Below are positions 36,547-46,967 of a stretch of 64,000 nucleotides of DNA, piece by piece. Within the stretch, counting starts at the first letter, position 1, and every line of letters starts with the position of its first letter. The translations under genes and the position numbers were made by a program. The notes beneath the pieces are model-generated. The model saw only the letters and a list, made by a program, of their open reading frames with translations, was not told where the DNA came from and did no database searches. The DNA lies in NCBI GenBank assembly GCA_048772705.1, contig JBLWGC010000230.1, forward strand, positions 372,001 through 436,000, read 5' to 3'. Origin of the DNA: Leidyana gryllorum EB-2025a. Lineage: Eukaryota; Protista; Apicomplexa.

Positions 36547-38150
36547 CTACCATGTGTCCCAAAAAGCGCTCCATTCTCTAAACTCAGGATTTTCCAACGG
36601 TTCAAGGGTTTGCGGGACCGGCCAACTGCCCGACAAATCTTCAGCTGTCTGAGCGAGATACGTAGTGCACACCCAGTCTCCTCGGGCAAGGGGTTTTGCG
36701 ATCACAAGTCGAGGACGACTCGGGCGCGACCGCACAAACTTTGCCACGTTTGTGAAGTCGCAGCCTTTTTCCTCTGTCGCGTTGAACCAATGGAGACAGT
36801 CGACCCGTTCGACTCGGGTCAAAGCGAGGTCGCAGAGGGACTCATCCTGCTCGATTGACTGAAGCACCACCCTCCAGCCACCTTCGGGTCTCTGAGAAAC
36901 ACTGCGGGCTTCACGCGTGGCCGATCGAATCTGTTGACTTCAAGGGATGAGCCGTCCTCCCGCACTCTTAGGTGCCGACGGGGTACTCCTCTGTACTGCG
37001 GCAGATATTTCAATTGTTTCTCGATCTCGGGATATTTCATGCAATCGAAGGTAGCAAATGGCTTCGCGGCTGTGGCCGTGACGCCGACCGCTGGGTTCCG
37101 CACCCATTTGCGGAAGACGTGAACTTCCGGGTCGGGCTCCACCAACAACTTCCCTGCGATGACCAACTTTTGGATTTCATCTTTCCAAACGCCGACTCGT
37201 CTCGGGTAGACCGTTTCCGAAGGGGCGGGTTTGTTTAGTCTCGACTCGTGCTCTGAGAATGCCACTGTCTCATGCATTGCCTGCGTCACACCCAACAGAT
37301 TCTCATTGGCAATGCGTCTGCGGCCTTCAAAATCGACTTCTCCGAATGTCGGGCTCACGCAAATTTCTTTCCATTTGCCGGGTTCCTCCTCTTCGAAGAG
37401 AACGAACTGAATGCCAACCCAATCTGCGGAAGATGGATAAGATTTTCTATCAATGTCAACAGCCACAACGTAATATTTGACTGTTTCATTGTTCTCGTCT
37501 TTAACATAAATTCGTGCTCCTCCTGGAAATGCAAAATCGTATTTCACACGAATGGATTCATTCTTCATTCCGTGAGACCTTCCCCTCTCTCTGGCGAAGA
37601 AAACTGCCATTTGCCGGAGGAGATCGGATCTCGTTACCTCCACCACATGCTCAGGAGCAATTCGCACGAAAAGATTTCCGAAGCTCGAGCTTCCAGGATC
37701 GCTGGGCTCGAAAATCAGGTTCACTTTGCTCTCGGGGTCAGTGAAACGTGTTGGTGTTGGTTCAATGATGGATTGGAAAGTGAACGGTTCCCATGTCTCC
37801 CAGAAGTTTCTGGTGCGATGGGTCTGTTCCGTGTTGACACCGTCCGAAGGGGCTTCGAGAGATGGTTCAGTCAGTTGGAGAGACACTTCAGTCGCTTCAA
37901 GAGACGGTTCAGTCAGTTGGAGAGACAATTCAGTCTCAGTCAATTGACTCGTCGAGGGGGCATTGTACTTTCGCACATCCTCTACTCGGAATGGACGACC
38001 GCCCGGCACACTGATTTCAGTTGGACACGCAATGGTGGATTCTGTGACCTTCAAAGTCGGCAGGACTGCCTTCACGACGGTCAAACATCCTTCAACGCAG
38101 CCGACACTTCTGAGTTGCGGAGCGTTTTTGTGGCGAATTGAGGCGACCAT
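36547..38150 (-). pseudogene. Orphan family A member 1, frameshifted near 36883
   Basis: Colinear with member 2 (MVASIR..., VPGGRPF, ICVSPTFGEVD, DCLHWFN); one missing base in CCG-AA-GGT-GGC-TGG splits it into ORFs 36819-38195 and 36547-36870. Confidence 0.8.
37852..37935. repeat. 42-bp tandem repeat x2 (TExSLQLTEPSLEA)
   Basis: Visible in both DNA and protein. Confidence 0.85.
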
Positions 38151-39101
38151 CTCGAAACGTCTGAAAAAGAGGCGTTGAGCCGAATTTTTGGACACCCTTT
38201 TGCTGAGCCGTGTGAATGGCTCGCGTTAACCTCCGAGGCTGCGGGGGTTCCTATTGGCTTACTCAACATATGCGTGTCGCTCATTAGTTATCAACTAGCT
38301 CTGATCTATTTACAAAAGACTAAAAGGATGTCGGCGACATAACATTGCCTTCGGGTTTTGCCTCACTGCGCCTGACCGCTCATTTGCGTACAGGTGTCGT
38401 GTTGTTCCAAAGAATGATGTTGTGGCTATTTCTGATTGACACTACCAGTAGGAGCGACATCTTAAAGACCGAAGAATAGCTCATGGACACCGAATTAAGC
38501 AGCTTAGCCGTAGTAAAGCACCTCGTGCCCGGCCGTACCCGGCCGGGGAGACACACTTTTACAGACACGCGTTTTTACAGAGTCAAGTCGTTGAACATCA
38601 ACGAACTAAAACAACGGCTGGATGAATCCAACTACCATTCCAGCGCACCAAACAGATCAAACTACCAAAAACCAGCCGACGTTCACGCCTACGCTCGAGC
38701 CAGTTAGACAAGACAGTAACAGTTCACACATCACGTGTTGCTCCTCACGGAGGCACTGATGTCGAGGTTACAAACAATGAGCTCTGTGCACATCCGAGGA
38801 GAGCCCAGCGGCGTCTCCTGGTGCGAGACGGCCAGTTGTACTCTGCTGCCACCGAAACCTCACCAGGCACTTCCGCAGTACATTCATAGTTGTTGTCATA
38901 AAACATTCCCACATGGAGCGCACTGCGCAGACAAAACACAGTGCGCGATGGCTTATTTCGCCATCCCACGCATTCTGATGGTCTTTATGGGTCCAGCAAC
39001 AACTTCGGGTCCCACAATCAGGATCACTAAGGGTATCACTCATCCAAGCAACTTTCTCGGCGACTCTCCTACTCGGGGAAGTTTGAGTGGGAGCCGGACT
39101 C

Positions 39102-40586
39102 TCATTGATTCACCTTCGTGCGGGTAGGATAGGCGGTGAACTCCCATTCGGCTTGGCGAACATGGGTTGCGATCACAAGTTGAGGAGGGGTTGGCTGGGA
39201 CTGCACAAACTGTGTCAGTTTTGTGAAGTCGCAGACTTCGTTCTTTGTCACGTTGAACCAGTGGAGACAGTCAACACCGGCCACTTTGGCCAAAGCGAGG
39301 CCGAAAAGGGAGTCCTTGTGCCTAAGTGACTGAAGCACCAGAGTCCAGCCCCCTTCGGGGGTTTTGAAAAAGACTGCTGGAGCGTTCTGTGGTCGATCGG
39401 ATCTGAGGACTTCGAGAAATGGGCCATTTTCTCGCACTTCCAGATATTCCCGGGGCGCGTCTGCAAACTCCGTAACTTGCTGCAGGCTTGTTTCAATGTC
39501 GTGGTGTTTCGTGGGATCGAACTTGACAAATGGCTTTTCGGCATCCTCAGCCGACGATGCCGTGGCCGTGATGCCTTCCGTGTCGGCAGCGAATGAAGTC
39601 GCCTCCGACGACGGAGTTGGCTCCTCTTTCCGCGGCGCCCATCTCGAGCCGGGGCCAGGGGTTTCCAGCTCAACCAACGTACCTTCCTCGACCAATGTGT
39701 TGACCTCATCATCCCAAATTCTGACTCTATCCGGAAAGTGAGTGGGTGGGCAGAGTTCGGGGGTCTTGAAGTTGTCACCTTGCATATGCCACTGCATCTG
39801 TCTTTCTTGCATTGCCCTCACCACGCCCAGAACATTCTCATTGGCGATGAGCGCGCGTCCTCTCAAATCGACTTCCCCGAAAGTGGGGCTAACGCAGATC
39901 TCCTTCCAGGTACTCGGTGCCGTCTCTTCGAAGAGAACAAATTGGGCACCGATCCAATCAGAGGAAGAGGCAGAGGAATCTTTTTCCGTGTCAACAGTCA
40001 CAATGTAGGAACCAACTTCTCTTCTGTCCTCGTCGTGAACGCTGATCCAAACTCCTTGTGGCAAAGTGAAACTATACCTCGCAGAAATGTGCTTGTTCCT
40101 CAGACTCGGGACATCTTGGGTTGCTCTCGCGAAGAAGACCGTCATACTCTTGACAAGATCGATTCCCGTTGGTTCCTCCAGACGGTCAGGAGTCATCCGC
40201 ACGTGAATGCCCCTCGGCCGCGCCCACTGAGCACCACGGAGCTCCAACTTGACCACTCGCCCGCTGACGAGATCGTTCACAAAGCTTAGTGAATCGTTGG
40301 TCACGACATGGCGAGTAAAAGGCTCCCACGCGTTGAGCAGGTCTTGATGTCTCGAGGTGAGAGGCCGACTGGTCTTCTGAAGCGGCGGATCAGCCAGGCT
40401 GAAGTCGGGGATACCCTCCACTTGGAATGGACGACCGCCCGGCACTCTTACTTCAGTCGGATTCTCTATAATGTGGTCTGTGAGCTCCAATGACGGCAAA
40501 GAAGCCTTCACAGCTATCAAACATCCCTCAAACCGGCCGACTTTCGTGGGCTGCGGAGCAAACTCTCGGCGGATAGAGGCGACCAT
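39102..40586 (-). CDS. Orphan family A member 2
   Basis: 494-aa uninterrupted ORF with family motifs FVLFEE..WKE, GW.LVL and LHW. Confidence 0.85.
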   Translation of the reverse strand: MVASIRREFAPQPTKVGRFEGCLIAVKASLPSLELTDHIIENPTEVRVPGGRPFQVEGIPDFSLADPPLQKTSRPLTSRHQDLLNAWEPFTRHVVTNDSLSFVNDLVSGRVVKLELRGAQWARPRGIHVRMTPDRLEEPTGIDLVKSMTVFFARATQDVPSLRNKHISARYSFTLPQGVWISVHDEDRREVGSYIVTVDTEKDSSASSSDWIGAQFVLFEETAPSTWKEICVSPTFGEVDLRGRALIANENVLGVVRAMQERQMQWHMQGDNFKTPELCPPTHFPDRVRIWDDEVNTLVEEGTLVELETPGPGSRWAPRKEEPTPSSEATSFAADTEGITATASSAEDAEKPFVKFDPTKHHDIETSLQQVTEFADAPREYLEVRENGPFLEVLRSDRPQNAPAVFFKTPEGGWTLVLQSLRHKDSLFGLALAKVAGVDCLHWFNVTKNEVCDFTKLTQFVQSQPTPPQLVIATHVRQAEWEFTAYPTRTKVNQ

Positions 40587-41124
40587 CTCAACACATGCGA
40601 AACTTTTGGATTACACCGATGCCCATCTCGAAAACCCCATCTCACATATTGCGCATCTCCTCTTTGTCGTCCCACCAGATACCGCACCAATATAAATGGA
40701 CATGTTCAGTCAGTTACGGCACCTATCTCCTTGGGAGGGACACACTTATCCGACCATCTCTGAGATTGACACGATGAGACACGAATTTCTGGGTCTCGGG
40801 CTATGGATGAAGCCCACCCCCCACCTTTGGCCACTGTGAGGGATCAATGACACTTGGCGGCTGGTGTGCGGCCACCGCAGCGACACAGATGCTGGTCACG
40901 AAAGAGGGTAGCCACCTGTGATACTACTGTGTTGGCGTGTCATGATGAGGGGTGGAGCATTCAATTTCAACAGGTGAAGTGAGAGCTATCATTAGACCAT
41001 CTCCGACAAACTCGGTACCAAATTTGAGAATGATATGTTTATTCACGTCATAAAGTGTGAGCAACTTGCGGGTACTGAGCTACACGACACACACAGCTAC
41101 TCGCTGACAAAGACAATTGTTGCA

Positions 41125-43233
41125 TCACAGGGCCATTTCAATCCACTCTTGGCTGTCTCTGGCGTTCATGAATGATTTCCATTTGTGTGGGGCCACTGCC
41201 GTTACTTGCGGAGGGGACGAAGAGTCTTGGAGGGCTTCTTGTCCCAACTCGCTCAATCGCGGCGAGGGGCTTTCCAAGTTAGTTTGGACCACTTTTCCAT
41301 TCGCTAACTTGGCCTTTTTGGTGGAGTCCCGGAAGTCACACATGACTCCAGAGGTTAGATCAAAGGTGTGGAGGTGGTGAACCCCTCTCATTTTAGCGAG
41401 CGCGAGGACCAGTTGTCTGGTTTCTCCATTCTCACTTTCTTTCAAAGACTTCAGAGCGACGTTCCACCCGGACTGGACGTCATAAAATACGTATCTCGAA
41501 GCCACCGTCTTCCCAGTTTCGTCCACCAATCTCACACGTTTGAAAGGCGGAGTGCCACACGATTCCAACACAAGATTGTCGGGTTGAGCATTTTCGAAAC
41601 CTGGCACAGTTTTGATCACATCAGCGAGACGCTTGACGTAACGTCGTCGAATGCGGAATGCCCACGCATATTGGTCGACCGCCGAGGACGAAGTGACGGG
41701 AGAGGTCCGAGACGCCGGTGCAGACGATGAGGCAGACGTCTCAAAAGGAAAGGTGGGACACTCGGACAGTGCACTGCCCGCTCGCATTACAGGCGAAGAA
41801 TTTGCTTCGGATTGACTCACGGGTGACGAGTCCGCTTCGACTGTACTTACAGCCGATGAGTCTCTGTCGACTGTGCCAGCTCTCCTGACCCAAGCGGTTC
41901 GAGGCCTATTCGATCCCAGGAGTTCCTTAAGCAAGGCGTGAGCACGTGGCCACTCTTCCAGCCGCCGTCTGCCGGCGTCAGTGGCCATGAAGTAGGCATC
42001 TTCGATTGCTTCAACGTCAGCGTCTGGCGGAAGCCTATTGGTGTACAAACGGTCGTGAGTCTCCCATGTGAGGCCGTGTCGATGATCCCCGGGCACAAAG
42101 GCCTTAAATGGGTCCACCATGGTGCTGGGGTCGGTTTCGGGGTCGAAGCCGAGCACTTCCGGACTGACGGTGGTGATGTGTTGATTCGCCTTTGCATATC
42201 GGAATTCGGCGTCCCATTGCTGGGCTTCGGTGGGAATGGGCACGTGGGCTGCTCCATCTGGTGAGCCGAGGTTGTTGGCCCATTTAGACGGAATGTCCGC
42301 CATTGCTTTCGTTGTGACGTCACCGAGGCTGTAAAGTATTGCCCATCCCTCTTCGGAAACGTGACCAATGGGGAGAGACCGACTCACAAATCGCCACTGT
42401 TGGCCGTCTCCGAGGTGATACAACGCGAGATTGACGATATTATTACTCGTCAAGGAACGTTCAGCGTCAGTTGTGGTGTACTGTTTTTCGCATTCCAGAC
42501 GCACCAAGTAGTCGTCTACTGGCCGACCCGTCGCATCGAGTATGAGAAAGTGTAGAGCATCCCTTCTGGCATCGTTCAGTGTGAGGGAGCAGCTCGCCTT
42601 ATTGGGGATGGTAACAGAGGCCATCAAAAAGCTGCTTATATGACTCAGTAGGCGATGCATGTCACTGTCATTCGATGTGTTGATGTTCCCCAAATTGAAT
42701 TCGTGGACGGGATGTTCAACCTTAGGACCAGTTTTACAAACCACGTACTTCCCGGTATAGTCGTCGATCACGAGGCTCCTCTTGTGGCCAGGTAGTAATT
42801 CCTTAACGGTCCACGACAGTGCTTGCACATCTGAAGCACCCGGTACCATACCGAACTCCCACTTTGACTTGTCGCTGTTTGAGCCCAACACGTTCTCCGC
42901 GATCTTCTCGGTCTCGGACTGTCGCGATTGAAACAGCGCTTCGAGCCGTTTGTATTGAAAATCTTCGGAGACATCGCGACTACGTCTTTGAATTCCCGTC
43001 TCCAGAGCGAAAACGACGTCTCGTGACACTGTACTCGTTGGCGACTTAAACTTCTCCACAGCCTTGATGTCGAAATCATCCCATCCATCGGGGGAGGCAC
43101 TGCCTGGAGACGCCACCAAAGTCGGCGTCAAGGGAACGATTGGTGATACTCCTTGGAGTAACGCGCACCCTTTCATAAAACATCCCACAGTACTCGATGG
43201 AGCAGAAGATGGCTCAATACGTAAAAAACCCAT
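41125..43233 (-). CDS. Orphan family A member 3 (divergent, longer)
   Basis: Uninterrupted ORF; N-terminus aligns with members 1 and 2 (VGC..GC); C-terminal VFYD..SGWNVAL...LVLAL..M..VHHLHTFD..SG.MCDF. Confidence 0.8.
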   Translation of the reverse strand: MGFLRIEPSSAPSSTVGCFMKGCALLQGVSPIVPLTPTLVASPGSASPDGWDDFDIKAVEKFKSPTSTVSRDVVFALETGIQRRSRDVSEDFQYKRLEALFQSRQSETEKIAENVLGSNSDKSKWEFGMVPGASDVQALSWTVKELLPGHKRSLVIDDYTGKYVVCKTGPKVEHPVHEFNLGNINTSNDSDMHRLLSHISSFLMASVTIPNKASCSLTLNDARRDALHFLILDATGRPVDDYLVRLECEKQYTTTDAERSLTSNNIVNLALYHLGDGQQWRFVSRSLPIGHVSEEGWAILYSLGDVTTKAMADIPSKWANNLGSPDGAAHVPIPTEAQQWDAEFRYAKANQHITTVSPEVLGFDPETDPSTMVDPFKAFVPGDHRHGLTWETHDRLYTNRLPPDADVEAIEDAYFMATDAGRRRLEEWPRAHALLKELLGSNRPRTAWVRRAGTVDRDSSAVSTVEADSSPVSQSEANSSPVMRAGSALSECPTFPFETSASSSAPASRTSPVTSSSAVDQYAWAFRIRRRYVKRLADVIKTVPGFENAQPDNLVLESCGTPPFKRVRLVDETGKTVASRYVFYDVQSGWNVALKSLKESENGETRQLVLALAKMRGVHHLHTFDLTSGVMCDFRDSTKKAKLANGKVVQTNLESPSPRLSELGQEALQDSSSPPQVTAVAPHKWKSFMNARDSQEWIEMAL

Positions 43234-43914
43234 GTCGCTTGTGAAATACCACTCAAAACAAAAGACTCTATCGGCCTTATATTTCGAGATGGTCATCATC
43301 TCTTAGCCTCCAAATCGGTTTGATACCGCACCCATCAGCCAGCAACCGACCGAACCAACAGGACGTCCACCAAAACATAGGCGTGCTCGCTCATATTGGA
43401 GGGGGGCGTAAGGTGTGAATCTTATTTCCTTCGTCCTACAGGCTCGCGGCCCAGATCTGATAAACGAAGTGAAGTTCTCAGCCAAAATAGACGACCCTTT
43501 CGACCCCAGCGGCTCGAGCTTTTTACTGCGGATACCACGGGCAGCCCGACTTTATTCTATGAGACCTAAGAGGTGATGAACGAGACGTCTCTGACGACAT
43601 ACTACATTATGCGGAGCAGAGAGAGTTTTGAGATCTGAGAGGTAATTAAGAAAGAAGCAGACCGTTGTAACTATGCCAGTGGGCACCGAGCGGTACGTGG
43701 ATTGATGGTGGGGGCGATAGATCGAGAAGATACAGAGTTTGATGACAGAGTTTGAGAGACACAATATTCTGTGGAGCAATTTTCGCACACCTGATACCTA
43801 TGGTGGGTTTTGAGTAATAGAGGTGTGCAACTTTTTGGAGTCACTGTCTTCTCTCCACCTTATTACATCGCTGAATTTACATCTCTCAATTCTTTGCTCC
43901 TTCTACTTTTTGTG

Positions 43915-45996
43915 ATGTTCTGGAGTCGATTGAACTTACTTTTTGCTGCGGTTGCTGGACAGTACTGGGATGAGGCGTGGCGTCCGCAATTCCATCAGAG
44001 CACTCCGCTTGGTTGGGGGAACGATCCTAACGGAATGGTGTTCGATGGCACCCGGTACCACCTCTTCTACCAGCACTATCCTTATGACACTGTGTGGGGA
44101 CCCATGCATTGGGGCCACTCCACATCTGAAGATCTCTTGACCTGGGAGCATCATGATGTGGCTATCAAACCAGTTGGCATTCGCGATTTGGGACCCGTGT
44201 TCCTGGAGATTGAAGGAGTCCAACACCAAATACCCGAGAACGAGTGGCCGAACGTGGGCCAAGCGTTTTCTGGAAGCGCCTACTTGGATAAGGAGAATCG
44301 TTTCAACATGGGTGCGGATACTATAGTGTTGATGTGGACTGAGCATACGGAGATCGCGGATCCAGTCAAGTATCGTCGTGAACGTCAGAGTATGGGATAC
44401 TTGTTGGCGAGAGAGGAGTACAGTACGGTACACTACTGGGACGCCAATGCCCACGGAATCCAGAACGACGCCCAGAGTAATATGGAATACTATGAGGGGG
44501 ACACCAGACACCCTGGTACCTTCGAAACCGACATTCGTGATCCCAAATTTGTAAAGTACGACCAGACTACACAATTGGCAATCGTTGCTAACTGTGATAG
44601 AATGGTCATCTACAGCGCGCCTTTGGGTACCACGAACCAGTGGGTACCAAGAAGTGCTTTCGGCGTCAACAATGGCAAGTTGGATGTCACCTTGGATCTC
44701 AGTACCCACGATCCCGATTGTGACGCCCGCGGACGTACGCAAGGTATTTGGGGAGGCCTTCAAGGGGGCGTGTGGGAGTGTCCTGACCTCATCAAGATGA
44801 CTGTGGAGGGCACGGAGGAGGAGCTTTGGGTTATGATCGTCAGTATCGGTGAGAACCAAGCGGTCAATGACGGCCCCAATACTGGTTCTGCCACAATGTA
44901 CTTTGTGGGTAAGCTCGAGGCCGAGAACAACTTCCAGTTCGTACCGGTTGAGGACTTTGACGCTTACCCGAAGTGGATTGACTACGGCCCCGATAGCTAC
45001 GCTGGTGTCACCTATGACAACACTTCGCCTCCCATCTTCCAAGCCTGGATGAGCAACTGGCTTTACGCGCGCCAAGTACCCACTGGGCTGATTAGCTGGA
45101 GGTCTGGGATGACTCTGCCGCGTACCCTCAAATTGATCAACTTGGGCACCCCTACTTCTCCAGACTATCGCGTGGTGCACAAATTCGTCGATCTCTCACC
45201 TCTCCACGATGACACTGTGAAAGAAACATTCTTCACTATACCAAACGTTGGATTCTCCTCATCCATCCACCGTTTGGGACTTGAGGTTTCTGTCAACTTT
45301 GCTGAGATTGACCTCAAAGAAGTTGGCAACTTTATTGTTCGTTTTTCTGCCAATCCAGACGTCGATGACCCTCAACAAGAGATCGAAGACTTTGTTGAAG
45401 TTGGACTCTATGTGGACACTCAGTTGAACCAAGAATTCAGAATCACTCGCTCCTCTCGGTTCGAATGGAGTGACGATAGAGTTCCGCCCAATGCCGAGGT
45501 CTTCGACAAAGCTGTTGGTCACTTCAAAGCCGCGAGCGTTTCTCGTGCCCCACGCGTTCAAACCGAGAGGGAGGATCTCTCGATCCACGTTGTGTTTGAT
45601 ACTGCATCTGTAGAAGTCTTGTTCGATGATGGTGAAGTGTCTATGACTTCGCTGAGTTTCCCTAACGTGAATCTCACCAAAGTGGCCGTTCAGTCAACGT
45701 CCGGTATGGGCCAGGGTGAATATGCCGCTTTGTTATCCACTGTCTTTGACTATACCACCACCACTCCCTACCCGACCACCACTTCTCCAACTACCACCAC
45801 TCGGCCACCCACCACCACAACCACTACCACCACCACTCCCGTGGCGGCAACATGCCCCACTGTGACCTGTCCTGTGGGACCCACGTGCCCAATCGCACCT
45901 ACCTGTCCAGCCTGTGAGGATTCCGGTAGCGATGGCCTCCTGAAAGTCTCGTCATTTGCTCTGATGTCGGCAGCTGCAATCTATTTCACCGTCTGA
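43915..45996 (+). CDS. GH32 beta-fructofuranosidase (exo-inulinase/levanase-like), secreted and probably GPI-anchored
   Basis: Signal peptide; WGNDPNG, HLFYQHYP, WGPMHWGH, FSGS, RDP, WECPDL, DYGPDSYA, SVEVLF; Thr-rich stalk, Cys-Pro repeats, hydrophobic C-terminus. Confidence 0.95.
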   Translation: MFWSRLNLLFAAVAGQYWDEAWRPQFHQSTPLGWGNDPNGMVFDGTRYHLFYQHYPYDTVWGPMHWGHSTSEDLLTWEHHDVAIKPVGIRDLGPVFLEIEGVQHQIPENEWPNVGQAFSGSAYLDKENRFNMGADTIVLMWTEHTEIADPVKYRRERQSMGYLLAREEYSTVHYWDANAHGIQNDAQSNMEYYEGDTRHPGTFETDIRDPKFVKYDQTTQLAIVANCDRMVIYSAPLGTTNQWVPRSAFGVNNGKLDVTLDLSTHDPDCDARGRTQGIWGGLQGGVWECPDLIKMTVEGTEEELWVMIVSIGENQAVNDGPNTGSATMYFVGKLEAENNFQFVPVEDFDAYPKWIDYGPDSYAGVTYDNTSPPIFQAWMSNWLYARQVPTGLISWRSGMTLPRTLKLINLGTPTSPDYRVVHKFVDLSPLHDDTVKETFFTIPNVGFSSSIHRLGLEVSVNFAEIDLKEVGNFIVRFSANPDVDDPQQEIEDFVEVGLYVDTQLNQEFRITRSSRFEWSDDRVPPNAEVFDKAVGHFKAASVSRAPRVQTEREDLSIHVVFDTASVEVLFDDGEVSMTSLSFPNVNLTKVAVQSTSGMGQGEYAALLSTVFDYTTTTPYPTTTSPTTTTRPPTTTTTTTTTPVAATCPTVTCPVGPTCPIAPTCPACEDSGSDGLLKVSSFALMSAAAIYFTV

Positions 45997-46967
45997 ACTC
46001 CTGAATAGCAGTCAGACTAATCAAGCCGTTGAATATTCGTATAGAAATATCCTCTTTTAAAAGCTACACGTATACTGCTATGAAATGGAAGAGATTTCCT
46101 GAGAGTCTCTCCACCGATTTTTGTGTAAGCAACCACAAGCCTTCACTTTGAGATCACATTGATCAACACTACTCGACCACTCCCATTCTGGGAGGCCTGA
46201 GCCGTTATCCTCCGGACGGGTCTTTCTGTCCACATTTGGTGGTGCTGTGGTGTGCCGTCTCACATCTGACAGCACGTCTAGACCCATACCCTTCCTCCGG
46301 CCGGTTCGGCACAAATGTCACATAAACTTGGCAGCGCTCGCAATAACTCCCGCGCTTGTCTAATCTGGTGTCTATTCTCATTTTCATTGCCAGTTGCAAA
46401 CCTCTCACCCTCACCTTTAGCTCCTTTCTCCGAGACTCCCAAGTGCACATCTGCGTCACGTCTCCGTCTCGTGTGTGGCAGCTCTCGCTGAAGATGCCAA
46501 GTAGAAAGTTCCGTCCCATTGTCATCCGACGGAGACAGCGCTGACGCTTGAATGTGGGGGCGCACTCGGTCCTCTCAAACTCCGTTCGAACGAACTGGTG
46601 CCCATTCAATGTCTTTTTTGACGGTCTTTAGTCCCATTCTCTGTTGAGACTGTCCTGGCAGCCGCCACCCACCTCGTTGAGGACAATTCACGGACGAGCG
46701 ACGTTATCGTAGACGGACTGACTGACTCTGTTAGCCAAAACCGCTCAACAAGCGATCACAACGCGACTTCTTCAGATGGTATTCTACCACACACGAGCGA
46801 CTAACCTCTCTCTATCTGTACCTTACACTCAAGTATTCTACGCAATCACACTCTCTCTACTCTAAGTGTGTAGGGGTTCAATAAAAGTACCTCTGAACAA
46901 TAAATAACCGCTGATGGACGATATTCATCATTGCAGCGGAGTGAACGGACGGACTATAGTGGCGGGC

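Noticed and set aside
40930-41020. C/D snoRNA candidate (ATGATGA)
   Set aside because: No convincing D box, terminal stem or rRNA guide seen.
43936-45180. 414-aa antisense ORF over GH32
   Set aside because: Shadow of the codon-biased sense gene; no motifs.
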